Shown here in pieces: positions 1-11,441 of a DNA stretch of 64,000 nucleotides. Origin of the DNA: Pirellulaceae bacterium. GTDB lineage: Bacteria; Planctomycetota; Planctomycetia; Pirellulales; Pirellulaceae. The notes under the pieces are model-generated. The model was not told the origin of the DNA, made no database searches, and saw only the letters and a program-made list of their open reading frames with translations. How positions within the stretch are numbered: position 1 is the first letter of the stretch; each line of letters starts with the position of its first letter. The DNA is taken from NCBI GenBank assembly GCA_963700815.1, contig CAVOZM010000019.1, positions 38,840 to 102,839 of the forward strand, given 5' to 3'. A program made the translations under genes and the position numbers.

Positions 1-2
1 AA

Positions 3-212
3 CCGGTCGGTCAGCCGACAGTTTCTGGTAAGTCATTGGTGCTGGCCGGAGAAACCGGTTGGCTGGTTTGGATCGATCCCGGTTCAGGAAAAATTGTGGG
101 CCAGACTGATTTGGAGCAGCCGATTTCCGCCTCTCCGTTTCCGATTGGAAGCAGCGTCTTGGTTCCCGGCAAAGAGGGTGTGATTTATATCGTGAAAGTT
201 CCCGCTGAATAA
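3..212 (+). CDS. 3' end of PQQ-like beta-propeller (BamB-like) protein, truncated by window edge
   Basis: Frame 3 is open from the window start: PVGQPTVSGKSLVLAGETGWLVWIDPGSGKIVGQTDLEQPISASP...GVIYIVKVPAE*, typical propeller blades; TAA at 210-212. Confidence 0.65.
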   Translation, partial: PVGQPTVSGKSLVLAGETGWLVWIDPGSGKIVGQTDLEQPISASPFPIGSSVLVPGKEGVIYIVKVPAE

Positions 213-213
213 T

Positions 214-2580
214 TTGATCTTCATGCCTAGTTGCTGTTTTCCATCTGTTCGCTGGCGGCACAAGTTGACGCTCTTGCCCGGCCTTTGTTGGTTGGCGATG
301 TCAATGATCGCTGTGCAAGCGCAATCGTTGAACTATTCAGTGAGCGAGGAACCACAGGATCCAGGTCTCGAATTGTTGCAGCAGGAACCGCATGACTTGT
401 TGTTCTTCAACAAAGAATCAGGGGGAGGTTGGGTCAGGACCGTTTTACTGGATTTCCCAGGTCGAACTCCCCCAGCCAGTCCGAAAGGTCAACTGAAGTT
501 TCAAATTCTTGGCATGGAAGGGAAAGAGTTTGTTGCCAATTGGGATGAAATTGTCCGCGTCGATTTGTGGGAGGTGCGGCTGGAACGCGAAACAAACGAA
601 CGCATCAAGAGTGGAGATTTTGTCGGCGCCTATCCATTTCTAGCGGTGCTGCTGCGCGACTATCCTGAACGAAAAGGCTTGCGTGATCTGCGTTGCGAAT
701 ACCTTTGGAATGATGCTGCCTCCCGAGCCAAAGGAGGTCAAGTCACGCCCACCCTAGCCATTTTGGAAGAACTGCGTCGTTATGCGCCCGACTATCGGCC
801 CAAAGCTGTGGTGGGCGCGATTGACCGGGTCTCGGATCGATTGATGGGCGATCTTGTGAAATCCGGGCAATTGGATTTAGCGCAACAAGTATTTGCGCGT
901 TTGGAAACGGAATACAAACGCGAGCGTCTGGACGCGATCACCAAATGGAATGCAGAGTTCTTGAAAATGGCTCAGGCCAAACAAGATCAGGCGATCGCCG
1001 CGGTCACGGCGAAGGACTATCGCACAGCCCGAAAGTTGGCACGCGAGAGCATCTACTTGAAACCAAGTATCGATGGTGGCAAAGAGTTGGTTCGCGAGAT
1101 CGACAAAATCTATCCGTTGGTTCGAGTTGGTGTATTGCAGAGTGCAACGATATTCGAACCGACGCGAATGGATAACTGGGGCGCTCGGCGGTCGGGTCGC
1201 TTGATCTACCGGACTCTGTTTGAGATGCAAGGTGCGGGCCCAGAAGGGGGCGATTATGAATTCATTTTCGGAGATGTTGAATCCAGCCCTGATCGAATGC
1301 ATTTTGAAATGAACCTCGATACGGACAGACTGCCAGCGCCGCTGAATCAAGTACGGGGTCAGTTTCTGGCTGATATCATCGCGGCCAGGGCGGTCCAGGA
1401 CTCATCGACCTACTATGCACCGTGGGCCGCAGCGGTCGATACGGTTGGAATGAATGGACCGAAACAGGTCACCTTCAATCTTCGTCGTCCCAATGTGCTT
1501 CCGGTCTCTTTGTTGCAGGTTCCGGTTGACGGAAGTTGGTTTGGTGGCGAGCCGGGATCACCGACCGGCGACTATCGCTTGGATTCCAGCGAGAACGGTC
1601 AGACGAGATATGTATTGGCTGGTGAGCAACAAACGCCGACGCAGCCCAAAGAGATCGTTGAGATTCAATGTGAATCGGCTGCTGAGGGGATCAATCTATT
1701 GTTGCAAGGCGAAATCGATGTTTTGGATCAACTGTTTCCGTCGGATGCCATTCGTTTACGGGCCAACAAGGCCGTCCAAGTCTTTAACTATCCGTTGCCA
1801 ACAGTCCACATGTTGGTTCCCTGTAGCGACCATCCGTACTTGGCCCAACGCACGTTTCGACGCGCCTTGGTCTATGGCACCAATCGCCAGGATATTTTGA
1901 AAGGAGAACTATTGGAGGGTCTGGATTCACAAGGCTGCCGCGTACTGTCCGGTCCGTTTCCAGCCGGGATCCAACCGAATGATCCGCTCGGGTATGGATA
2001 TGATCAAGCATTAACGCCGCGACCGTACGAACCGCCGTTGGCCAGGTTATTGATTGCGATGAACGCGAATCAAATGAAAGGGATTGCTGAGCGGAACAAA
2101 GAACCAATTCCCGAACTGACACCGATCCGGATTGCCGTACCAGCCGACAATCTGTCACGCGTCGCCTGTGAAGCGATCAAAAGCCAGTGGGAGTTATTGG
2201 GTTTGGAAGTAAAATTGGTTGAATTACCGATGGGGTCTTCCTTTCCAAAACCCGATGAAGACATTGCGGATCTGGTCTATGTTTCGGCTGCGGTCTGGGA
2301 GCCGGTGATCGATGCCCGTCGCCTGTTGGGTCCGGAAGGAATTGCCCGGAGCGAGGACCAGTTGGTCGGCCTTGGACTGAGACGCATTGAAGAAGCAAAA
2401 AATTGGAGTGAAGTTCGAAACGGTTTGTTGGACTTGCACTCGATCGCACATCACGAATTACCAGTGATTCCGCTATGGCAAATGGTTGATTCGTATGCTT
2501 ACCGTAGCGAGTTATCGGGCGTCGGATCGGACATCGTTTCGCTCTACCAGAACGCTGGGAAGTGGCAGCTAGGACAATGA
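214..2580 (+). CDS. Family 5 (peptide/nickel-type) ABC substrate-binding protein with long N-terminal helical/TPR-like region
   Basis: Signal peptide; C-terminal half has SBP_bac_5 features (LLQGEIDVL, FRRALVYGTNRQDI, IKSQWELLGLEVKL, HHELPVIPLWQ). Confidence 0.7.
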   Translation: MIFMPSCCFPSVRWRHKLTLLPGLCWLAMSMIAVQAQSLNYSVSEEPQDPGLELLQQEPHDLLFFNKESGGGWVRTVLLDFPGRTPPASPKGQLKFQILGMEGKEFVANWDEIVRVDLWEVRLERETNERIKSGDFVGAYPFLAVLLRDYPERKGLRDLRCEYLWNDAASRAKGGQVTPTLAILEELRRYAPDYRPKAVVGAIDRVSDRLMGDLVKSGQLDLAQQVFARLETEYKRERLDAITKWNAEFLKMAQAKQDQAIAAVTAKDYRTARKLARESIYLKPSIDGGKELVREIDKIYPLVRVGVLQSATIFEPTRMDNWGARRSGRLIYRTLFEMQGAGPEGGDYEFIFGDVESSPDRMHFEMNLDTDRLPAPLNQVRGQFLADIIAARAVQDSSTYYAPWAAAVDTVGMNGPKQVTFNLRRPNVLPVSLLQVPVDGSWFGGEPGSPTGDYRLDSSENGQTRYVLAGEQQTPTQPKEIVEIQCESAAEGINLLLQGEIDVLDQLFPSDAIRLRANKAVQVFNYPLPTVHMLVPCSDHPYLAQRTFRRALVYGTNRQDILKGELLEGLDSQGCRVLSGPFPAGIQPNDPLGYGYDQALTPRPYEPPLARLLIAMNANQMKGIAERNKEPIPELTPIRIAVPADNLSRVACEAIKSQWELLGLEVKLVELPMGSSFPKPDEDIADLVYVSAAVWEPVIDARRLLGPEGIARSEDQLVGLGLRRIEEAKNWSEVRNGLLDLHSIAHHELPVIPLWQMVDSYAYRSELSGVGSDIVSLYQNAGKWQLGQ

Positions 2581-4522
2581 TTGGCGTTCGATACCTATCG
2601 GTGATCTTGTTGCTTTGCTTGCCAGCCAATGCGATCTTTGCACAGGCAACATCTTCATCTGGTGATGCAGTCGCGATTGCTGGATCAATGACAGGCACAG
2701 GCGGAACGATCGGAAACTTCGGAGTCCGTGGGGGCGATCGCATGGGATTATGCTCCCTATAGAATTCTGATCTGGTTGTCGTCGGATGACCCACATGTCG
2801 ATGTGGCGTGGGTGAAAGATCAGCTTCGCTCGTACCTGGATCGAGACTTTGCGGCGATTTGGCGCACGGATGTTGCTCGGTCGCCGACCGCGATCAGCAC
2901 GATCGCCGCCAGAGGCATGCGAGATTTGGATTATGACGCAATCACCGCGTCGGACCCAGTGCTGGCTATCAAACGCAATCACCCCGATGCGGTTCGGATT
3001 CGAACTCCCTCCAATGTCGCAGAATTTTGCGGCTCGGTATTGGCCACCAAGAATCGAATCGACAGGGTTACTCGTAGCGCCCAAGACTTAGGTGATCCCA
3101 CGATCAATGGTATCGCGGGTCGTCTAAAGGTGGTTGATGGAGATGAGTCGACGGTGAGTAAGCGTTGGGCGGATCCAGAGACGGAAGCACTATTGATATC
3201 GCGCGGAATGGCGAAGAATTTGGTTGAACCAGAAGCCAAGTTGATCACACCGACCGTGAGTGGCCTGGTTGATGACGCATTCAATTCCTACGACAAAATA
3301 TTCATCGTTCAAGTCAGCCGAAGTCAAATTCCAAGCCAGGTCGAAGCTGTCGAAATCGACACTTTGATGCAGCATTTTGGACCAGTGGTCACCGTACCAT
3401 TCACTTCCGTATCCGAGATCCCAACCGCGATTGGCCTGGGCGTCACGAAAGCGTTCGCGCCGGTGGTTCGTATCGAGGAGGCCGGTCAAAGGACTGCGAC
3501 CGGTCTATTGCGCGCCGGTGGTTTGATTCAGAGCGAAACGTCGCCGGCGCGGGTTAGTGTTGGAGATGCTTTGGAACCCATGATTCGCAAGAACGATAAC
3601 AATGGCAGTCCGATCACGATCGGCCCCATGGATTGGACACTGCTGCTGGCGACAGAAATGGAAGGGCGATATTTGAAAATGGACTTCTACGCGGGGCGCA
3701 CCGGTAGCCTCCAAGGTCGTAAAAACAAACGTACATTTCGGATGGCACTTAAGTCGCGTGTCCAGGGCGATTCGACTTTGTTACGACTTCACTTACAGCG
3801 GAATCCGGATTTTCCGCTGATCGGATATGAAGTTTACGAGAAAGAACTGAAATCGAAAAAGATGACCTTCGTCGGGCGTACCGATTGGAACGGCCGTTTG
3901 CGGATTGAAAAGACCGACTTTCCAGTGCGTCTGTTGTACGTCAAGAATGGAGGTTCCGTGCTCGCGCGGCTGCCAATCACCCCTGGCCTTTATCCGAATG
4001 CGGTCGCTGACCTGTCGGGCGATGACATGCGGCTGCGAGCCGAAGCTTATGTAAGTGGCGCACAAAACGACATCATTGACTTGGTTGCGACGCGTGAATT
4101 GTTCAAATCGCGAATTCGAAAGCGGTTGCAGGAAGGCCAGATGGATGAGGCGGAAGTGTTGATGTCAGCGCTTCGCAAGCAGCCGAACAGTGAAGAACTA
4201 TCGGCAATCATCGGACAGAAGCAAAGTGATTTCCTCAAGGAAATCGGGAAAGCAAACATTGGCCAACGCCGAAAGGTCGAACGAGATGTTTACGACAACC
4301 CGCGAATTGTTGTCTAAATACATCACACCAAAGTTGGTCCGTGAACTGGAAGCCGACATGATCGCCGCCCGAGCAAACGGCGGGCGTTTACCATCCGCAG
4401 ATGACAAAGCGGAGGCTGATTCGGCGGCTTCCGAGGAGGCCCCGTCAGAAGCTACACCGAAGGATGTCACCGATCCAACCGCTGAAAACCCGCTGCCAAA
4501 GGATGGCGAACCGGCGTCTTAG
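2577..4522 (+). CDS. Conserved planctomycete exported hypothetical protein (frameshifts near 2730 and 4280)
   Basis: ATGA overlap with the upstream stop; signal peptide MIGVRYLSVILLLCLPANAIFA; ORFs 2562-2762, 2728-4317 and 4190-4522 join into one reading. Confidence 0.6.
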
Positions 4523-4555
4523 GAACGAGCAATCGATTCGTTGCTGACGCATCGC

Positions 4556-4572
4556 ATAGGCTGCCAGCCTGT
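4556..4572. repeat. REP-like palindrome ATAGGCTGCCAGCCTGT
   Basis: AGGCT-gcc-AGCCT hairpin just after a stop codon; related copies at 25880-25896 and 40353-40369. Confidence 0.55.
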
Positions 4573-4584
4573 CGAATTGCAGCC

Positions 4585-4750
4585 CTAGTGCTTCATCTAC
4601 CTTTCAATTTGGGGTTGGCCGGAAAAGGGGTAGGGCACGGGTCAGGCACCAAAAGCCGCCAGCGGCCCGCAGGGTGCTTCGCACTTTTGGTGCCTGACCC
4701 CTTTTCCAAAACTGACGTAACCCTCAAATCAAATGTGGACAGAGCACTAG
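4585..4750. mobile_element. Non-autonomous MITE-like element with CTAG ends and a nested inverted repeat
   Basis: Left end CTAGTGCTTCATCTACCTTTCAATTTGGGGTT vs reverse complement of right end CTAGTGCTCTGTCCACATTTGATTTGAGGGTT (imperfect ~32-bp TIR); inner IR GGGTCAGGCACCAAAAG...CTTTTGGTGCCTGACCC plus GGAAAAGGGG...CCCCTTTTCC; no transposase. Confidence 0.75.
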
Positions 4751-4808
4751 CAGTCCGCACCACGCCAGTCTCGCCTGTCTACAATGGTGAGGTCATCGAA
4801 AGGGGACT

Positions 4809-7800
4809 ATGAAAGTTTTGAATCACCTAACGCTTATGTTCTGCACCGGGGTTTGGATCGGGACAATTTCCTGCCAATCGGCTGCGGCCCAACAGATTGC
4901 CTATCAATCGGATATCAAGCCACTCCTGAAACAGTTCTGCAACGAGTGTCATCAAGGCGCTGAAGCGGAAGCCGAAGTGGATTTGGCGCACTTCGAGTCT
5001 CTTGAACAGATTCGTAAGCAGATCGAAGTCTGGCAGCGGGTTCGCGGGATGCTAGTGTCGCAGCAGATGCCACCCAAAGATGCCAATCAACCTTCTGAAT
5101 CACAACGGCAAATGCTTTTGGATTGGGTGCGTGATGTGTTGCGAGCGGAAGCAGTGGTGCAGGCCGGGGACCCTGGTCCGGTTACTTTGCGACGGCTAAG
5201 CAATGCCGAATACACGTACACACTTCGCGACTTGACTGGCATCGACTCGTTGGATCCAGCGAAAGAGTTTCCAGTCGACGGTGCCGCAGGTGAAGGCTTT
5301 ACCAACACCGGTGATGCGCTGGTGATGTCGCCGGCCTTGGTGACCAAGTATCTGGACGCGTCCAAACAGATTGCCCAACATGCAGTGCTGACGCCTGATG
5401 GCATTCGGTTTTCAGAGCAGACAACCAGGCGTGATTGGACCGACGCGTCGCTCGATCGAATTCGTGAGTTCTACTACCAGTTTGTTGACGACAGTGGGGC
5501 TTACTTGGATTGGGAGGGCAAGAACAAAGACACACCACGCAGCGGTCGAATTCCATTGCGCGCGTATCTTAGCGCGATGCTCTCAACACGGGATGCATTG
5601 CAATCCGGATCAATCTCGACCGATCAGGTCGCACGGCAAGCGAACTTGAACCCCAAGTACCTCAGCCGATTGTGGAACGCTTTGGCTAGCGATCAAGACC
5701 AAGGCTTCGTTTTAAAGCGAATTCAATCGGTTTGGTCGTCTGCTTCCGACGCCGAACTGGTGGAACTGGAGATCGAACGCTGGCAGCAAATGTTATGGCA
5801 GTTCAATTCTATCGGTCACCTGGGCCGCAAAGGCGCACCCAAGCACTGGATGACTTCCAAGGATCCGCTGACCCATCGCCAAACATTGACTCTGGAATTG
5901 CCGCTGGTTCCGAAGGGACAAGAGCATGTGATCTATCTTTCCGCGACTGCACTTGGCGATCAAGACGGGGATCGTCGCTTGGCGAAAGCCGACATTGCAG
6001 AGACCTGGCATGTCACCGATTCTATTGCGCGACGTACAGGGCATCAAAGATCAACTCGAAAAATCGCAAAACGAGTTTCGTTCAAACTTGGCGAACTATC
6101 TACAGGCTGCGGCGGAGGTCCAAGCAGGAGTAATGCCGGAAGATGCAGTTCGAACGCATCAACTTAGTCGACCAACGTTTCAGCGATGGCTTGCCTATCT
6201 TGGTATCGGCGGACAACAGCCAGTTGTTGTTCAGGGACATCTGACTGAGAAACTGAAAGATATCGGCGGTCATCCGTTCATCTCCGGCTGGGGATCGCCC
6301 AATACACCGTCGATCACCGCAAATTCTTCCGATCAACAAGTTCGCATTCCCGGCATTGCCGATCCTCATTCGATCGTTGTTCATCCTTCGCCGGAGCTAT
6401 TCGCCGCCGTCGGTTGGCAGAGTCCCATCAACGGGGCGATTGAAATTGGTGCAGCCATCGCCGACGCGCACCCCGAGTGTGGAAATGGAATTGAATGGTT
6501 CCTGCAACATCATAGCGGCAACGGATCGACCCACATTGATCAAGGCAATTTTGCGACCGGTGGACGGAAGTCCCTTGAAAAGATTCGTATCGAAGTTGTC
6601 AAAGGGGACTTGGTCTCCCTGATCATTGGCCCACGCGATCGTGAGCATTCCTGTGACCTGACGTCGGTCAATTTGGTGATCGATGAGGTCGCCGGGGAAC
6701 AGCGAACATGGGATCTGGCGGATCAGGTATCCCCTGACATTCTCAACGGTAATCCCCATTCAGATTCTTTTGGCCACGACTCGGTCTGGCATTTGTATTC
6801 AGGGCCCGTCGCCGACATCGGCAAACAATCTCGTGAGGCGATCCCAGAGAATTCTTTGTTGGCGCAGTGGACACGAGAAAACGACCCAGCCAAACGAGAT
6901 GCGATAGCGTTGGCAATTCAAGAGCTGGCGCAGATTGAAACTTCTGGTGACAACGCGGCAGATTCATCGTTGAAAGAACAGCTTGACCAGATTGTTGATC
7001 CAGCATCCCTCGATGCGCCAGTCGATTCCCAGGACGACCGGTTTGGCCGGCATCCCGAATCTATCGTTGTACCCGATACGGATTTGTTCATGCGAACTCC
7101 AGAGACGATGGAGTTTCATGTCCCGGCGGACTTCGCCAGTGAAGGCATCTTTTCGGTTGACGTTGAACTAGCCTCGGCGTCGGGAAATCCAGCGGTGCAA
7201 GTCAGTGCGTCGCTAATGAAACCGGAAGGTTCAACCGTGAATCCCGATCAGCCAATTTTAGTCCGTGCCGGTGAAGCACCGCGGCAGGTTTCGGCGGCGG
7301 CGTTGGACGAGTTTCGCAGTTTGTTTCCGGCCGCACTATGCTATACCAAGATTGTTCCTGTCGACGAAGTTGTCACGTTGCAGCTGTATTATCGCGAAGA
7401 CGACCACCTTAAGCGATTGATGTGCGACGACGCACAGCAGGCCGAATTGGATCGACTCTGGGACGAGCTGTTATTCATTGCGGAAGAGCCGTTGGCTTCG
7501 GAAGATTGCGCTGGAACAGATTCAAGCGTTTGCGACACAGGATCGTCCGGACTTGGTTCCAGAGTTCGAGGAACTGAAAGTGATCTACCGAGATCGTAGC
7601 GATGCCTTTCGCCTGCGATTGATTGAACTGGAACCCAGACAATTGGATTCGTTGATCGAATTTGCCAGCCGAGCGTGGCGGCGAAGTCTCTCCAAATCTG
7701 AAACCGAGCGGCTGCGATCGATCTACGACGAGTTTCGCAACAAAGATTTGACACATGAAGAGACGATTCGATTGTTGCTTGCTCGTGTCTTGGTTGCCCC

Positions 7801-8884
7801 AGCGTTCCTGTACCGGCTGGAGCAGGCTGGTGAAGGTATCGAAGCGGTGGATGTTTCGGGCTACGAGCTTGCTACACGCTTAAGCTACTTTCTGTGGTCG
7901 TCGGTGCCAGATGACCAACTGCTGGACTTGGCTGTGTCAGGCGAATTGAACAACGACCAAATGCTTGCCAAACAATCAGGCCGAATGTTGAGCGATCCCA
8001 AAGTCCGACGGATGGCGATTCACTTTGCCTGTCAGTGGTTGCATGTGCGGGATTTCGACAAAACGGTTGAAAAGAATGAACGACTGTACCCCGAGTTTCC
8101 TCAGCTACGAGCAGAACTGTATGAGGAGGTCGTCCAGTTTTTTGAAGATATGTTCCGTAGCGATGGTTCGATTTTGGATCTGATTTCGGCAGACCATACC
8201 TTCATGAATCAACGATTGGCCGAACACTACGGAGTCGCAGGAATCATCGGGACCGAGTGGCGGCGAGTCGATGGAATTCAGAAACAGGGGCGCGGTGGCG
8301 TGCTGGGGATGGCGACCGTGCTGGCTAGTCAATCCGGAGCTTCGCGAACCAGCCCAATCTTGCGAGGAAACTGGATTTACGAAACCTTGTTAGGTGAACG
8401 ACTACCGAGACCACCGGCCGGAATTCCACAACTTCCCGAGGTCGTTCCGGATAAGAAAACTGCAAGAGAATTGATCGAACTGCACAGTGGTGCCCCTGAA
8501 TGTGCTAAATGTCACGAAAAAATAGATCCCTACGGGTTTGCTCTTGAACAGTTTGACACGGTCGGTCGCTTGCGATCGACTAGAGTGGATACCAAGACAA
8601 CTTTGCCAGGTGGTCGATCAATCGAAGGACTCGATGGACTTCGCAATTACTTGTTAGATCAAAGGCGTGACGAGATCGTCTATCAGTTTTGCAAGAAGCT
8701 GTTAGGTTACGCTCTTGGTCGCGAAGTCCGACTTTCCGATGAACCGTTGATAGAACAGATGCAGAGTCGACTAGGCGAGGAAGGGTATCGGTTTTCAGTT
8801 GCAGTAGAATCGATTGTGACCAGTCCCCAGTTTCGACAGATCCGTGGACGCCTGGCGGCGTCAGATTTAACCGAATCCCAATGA
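4809..8884 (+). CDS. Planctomycete cytochrome c / DUF1587-DUF1595-DUF1592-DUF1588-DUF1585 protein (frameshifts near 5955 and 7495)
   Basis: Signal peptide, CNECH heme motif, RRLSNAEYTYTLRDL (DUF1587), YELATRLSYFLWSSVPD (DUF1592), RTSPILRGNWI...CAKCH (DUF1588), KKLLGYALGR (DUF1585); three overlapping ORFs. Confidence 0.85.
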
Positions 8885-8903
8885 ATTGAATGAAGTGAAC
8901 CGC

Positions 8904-10205
8904 ATGAGACATCATCTTTCTCGTCGTACCATTCTGCGTGGTCTCGGTGTGACAATGGCATTACCGTGGATGGAGTCGCGGCGCGTTTGGGGCGACGCGG
9001 CGAAAGATGAGCAGCAATCGAGTGACGCGCCGACTCGAATGGCGATTCTGTTTGCAGGTTGCGGATTTCACAGTCGCGAGTGGTGGGCAAAGGGTAGCGG
9101 GGAGTCGATGGAGCTTGGAAAAGTTCTGACGCCGTTGACGGACTTCCGCGATCGCCTCGTATTCATTCAAGGTCTGTACAACGCAGAAGCGCTGAAGGGA
9201 AACATTCATAGTTCTCAAACCGGCAATTTGCTCTCTGGTGCTCCGCTTGCTTCCGGTGGTCAGATTCGCTCGGGAACCAGCGTCGATCAGGTTGTCGCAC
9301 AGCAGCTCGGTCAGCAAACCAAATTGCCGAGTCTGGTGATTGGGTGCGAGAAGGCGAATCCGTCGGTTCACAAGAATTATTCGATGCTTTACAGCTCGCA
9401 TATTTCGTGGACCACTCCGACCACACCGACGCCATTGGAAGTCTATCCGGCGCTTGCATTCGACCAACTCTTTCGCGATGCCGCAGAACATGGGGACGCC
9501 AGCGTGCTGGATGCTGTGTTGGATGACGCAACCGATTTGCGACGCGGAATCAGCGGACGCGACCAACGCAAGCTGGATGAGTATCTGAATTCTGTTCGAG
9601 AGGTTGAGCAGCGAATCGAGCGAGCTGGGAATCGAGGTGAGTTACAAGGCTGGCGCCCGGTTCTGACAAAGCCAAACATGGAACGTCCCACGACAGGCTA
9701 CCCACAAGACATCGTCGAACACATGCGATTGATGTCCGACATTCTTGTCTTGGCCTTCGAGACCGATACGACTCGCGTCTGCACGCTGAAATTGAACAAC
9801 GATCACGGCACTTTGCGATTCCCACATTTAGGAGTTGACTACATGATTCACCACCTGCTCTCACACAGCGATAGTGATGATTGGTTGAAGGTCAATCAGT
9901 TCTTCTTAGAGCAAGTCGCGTATATCGCTGGTCGTTTGGATGCGATTCAAGAAGGTGAGCGAACGGCGCTCGACAATTCGATGATCATGCTCTGTTCCAG
10001 CATGATGACCGGACACCATGATGCATCGCAGTTACCGGTCGTGATCGTCGGCGGTGGTGGCGGCAAACTGCAAGGCGGCCGCGTGCTCGATTACCGCGAA
10101 AACGAGAATCGCCAAATGTGCCGACTGTACCTAAGCATGATGAACAAGATGGGAGTCGAACAAGAAAGCTTTGGTGACGCAACCGAACCGCTGCACGAGG
10201 TTTGA
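8904..10205 (+). CDS. DUF1552 domain protein (Tat-exported)
   Basis: SRRTILRGLGVTMALPWMES Tat leader; DQRKLDEYLNSVREVE; HHLLSH; usual partner of DUF1592 genes. Confidence 0.88.
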   Translation: MRHHLSRRTILRGLGVTMALPWMESRRVWGDAAKDEQQSSDAPTRMAILFAGCGFHSREWWAKGSGESMELGKVLTPLTDFRDRLVFIQGLYNAEALKGNIHSSQTGNLLSGAPLASGGQIRSGTSVDQVVAQQLGQQTKLPSLVIGCEKANPSVHKNYSMLYSSHISWTTPTTPTPLEVYPALAFDQLFRDAAEHGDASVLDAVLDDATDLRRGISGRDQRKLDEYLNSVREVEQRIERAGNRGELQGWRPVLTKPNMERPTTGYPQDIVEHMRLMSDILVLAFETDTTRVCTLKLNNDHGTLRFPHLGVDYMIHHLLSHSDSDDWLKVNQFFLEQVAYIAGRLDAIQEGERTALDNSMIMLCSSMMTGHHDASQLPVVIVGGGGGKLQGGRVLDYRENENRQMCRLYLSMMNKMGVEQESFGDATEPLHEV

Positions 10206-10222
10206 GCGGTGAAGGCCCGTTG

Positions 10223-10630
10223 CTACTTGCGCCAATCCGGGCGTTTGCGTCTGGCCTTTGGGTGATGCACGATAAGTTTGAACGTTGCATCGCGACCTGA
10301 CAGCTTGCGGCCAATCGGTCGATCGGTTGGGCGAACCGCCTTGGCTCTTAGCTTCTGTTCTTTCTCATAGCGTTCGTCGTCTAACTCGAACTCGACCCAC
10401 TGTAGCGGTTCGGGGGCGACTTTGATGGTCCGTCCATTGCGGATCACATCACCTTCCCAATCTTGGAAGTGAAAGAAGACGTCGTCTCGAAAGTCTTCCG
10501 CTTCGATAAAGCCAAAGCTTTTTTCTTCCACGATCGAAATGATTTTTCCCAACCGCTTGCGCTGAATGCGAAACTTCTTTCTAGGTTCGTCTTCGTCGTC
10601 AGGTTTCGCCACGGCGGGATTGCTTTTCAT
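10223..10630 (-). CDS. Cold-shock domain protein with basic extensions
   Basis: RNP1 KSFGFI and RNP2 DVFFHF motifs. Confidence 0.8.
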   Translation of the reverse strand: MKSNPAVAKPDDEDEPRKKFRIQRKRLGKIISIVEEKSFGFIEAEDFRDDVFFHFQDWEGDVIRNGRTIKVAPEPLQWVEFELDDERYEKEQKLRAKAVRPTDRPIGRKLSGRDATFKLIVHHPKARRKRPDWRK

Positions 10631-10672
10631 TGCACCGGAACTGCGCGAGGCCTGTTCCGGAAGTACGGGTTG

Positions 10673-11296
10673 CTAATTCAAATCACCAGCACCGACCACG
10701 TCGTGAATCCCGATCCACTGGGCCAACGAACTGGATGTCGCCCGGCGAATCAAGCTTGGCCACATTTCAGTGGCTCTGGAAAACACTGCATCGGTTGTTG
10801 CGGGAACGATATGCCAGAGTCCGTCATTGAATTCTGATGCTAGTTCCGCAAGCTCCCATCCTAAATGTCCAACAATCAAACGATAGGGGGCGGGATGGTC
10901 TCTGACCAATTCTTCCAGATGTTGTTTTTGGGCAGCCACGTAAATCCCAGCACCCGTTTCTGCCTCCGCAAATCGACTGGTTTGGTGGATCGCTACAACG
11001 GGTCCCGAACGGGGACCACCAAAGTGCAGCAATCCAGAGGACAAATCGCGACCGATCGCCCGATCTTCGCCATCGTCACTTTCCGTTTCTTGACGATACT
11101 CGGACAACCGATTTCCCGGCTCCTCTTTCAACATTTCCAGCAACGCCTCGGGACTGGGCTTCATGGGACGATTCAGAATCACGCCGATGACGTTCGATTC
11201 GTCCTGGTGGACAACCAAACATACTCCATGGGAGTAGACTGGATCGGTCGCCAGGGAGGAGGCGACGAGCAGGTTACCGGTTAGCGATTCGTACAT
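10673..11296 (-). CDS. YqgE/AlgH family protein (DUF179)
   Basis: GNLLVAS, GVILNRP, HFGGP, RLIVGHLGW...L..E...GLW motifs. Confidence 0.88.
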   Translation of the reverse strand: MYESLTGNLLVASSLATDPVYSHGVCLVVHQDESNVIGVILNRPMKPSPEALLEMLKEEPGNRLSEYRQETESDDGEDRAIGRDLSSGLLHFGGPRSGPVVAIHQTSRFAEAETGAGIYVAAQKQHLEELVRDHPAPYRLIVGHLGWELAELASEFNDGLWHIVPATTDAVFSRATEMWPSLIRRATSSSLAQWIGIHDVVGAGDLN

Positions 11297-11441
11297 TTGA
11301 AATCAGTCTATGAGAAGATGGCTGCCAGGTTGGCAGTGCCGAGTCAGCTCTCTACAAAAGCAATCGGCGCGCCAAAGGTTTGGCCGTCGCCAGCGTTATG
11401 GAGGCCGAGTGGCAATATCTGTGTCAAAACTGGAGAATTTG

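Noticed and set aside
4588-4812. 74-aa ORF as a gene or transposase
   Set aside because: It lies almost wholly within the MITE palindrome and shows no protein motifs
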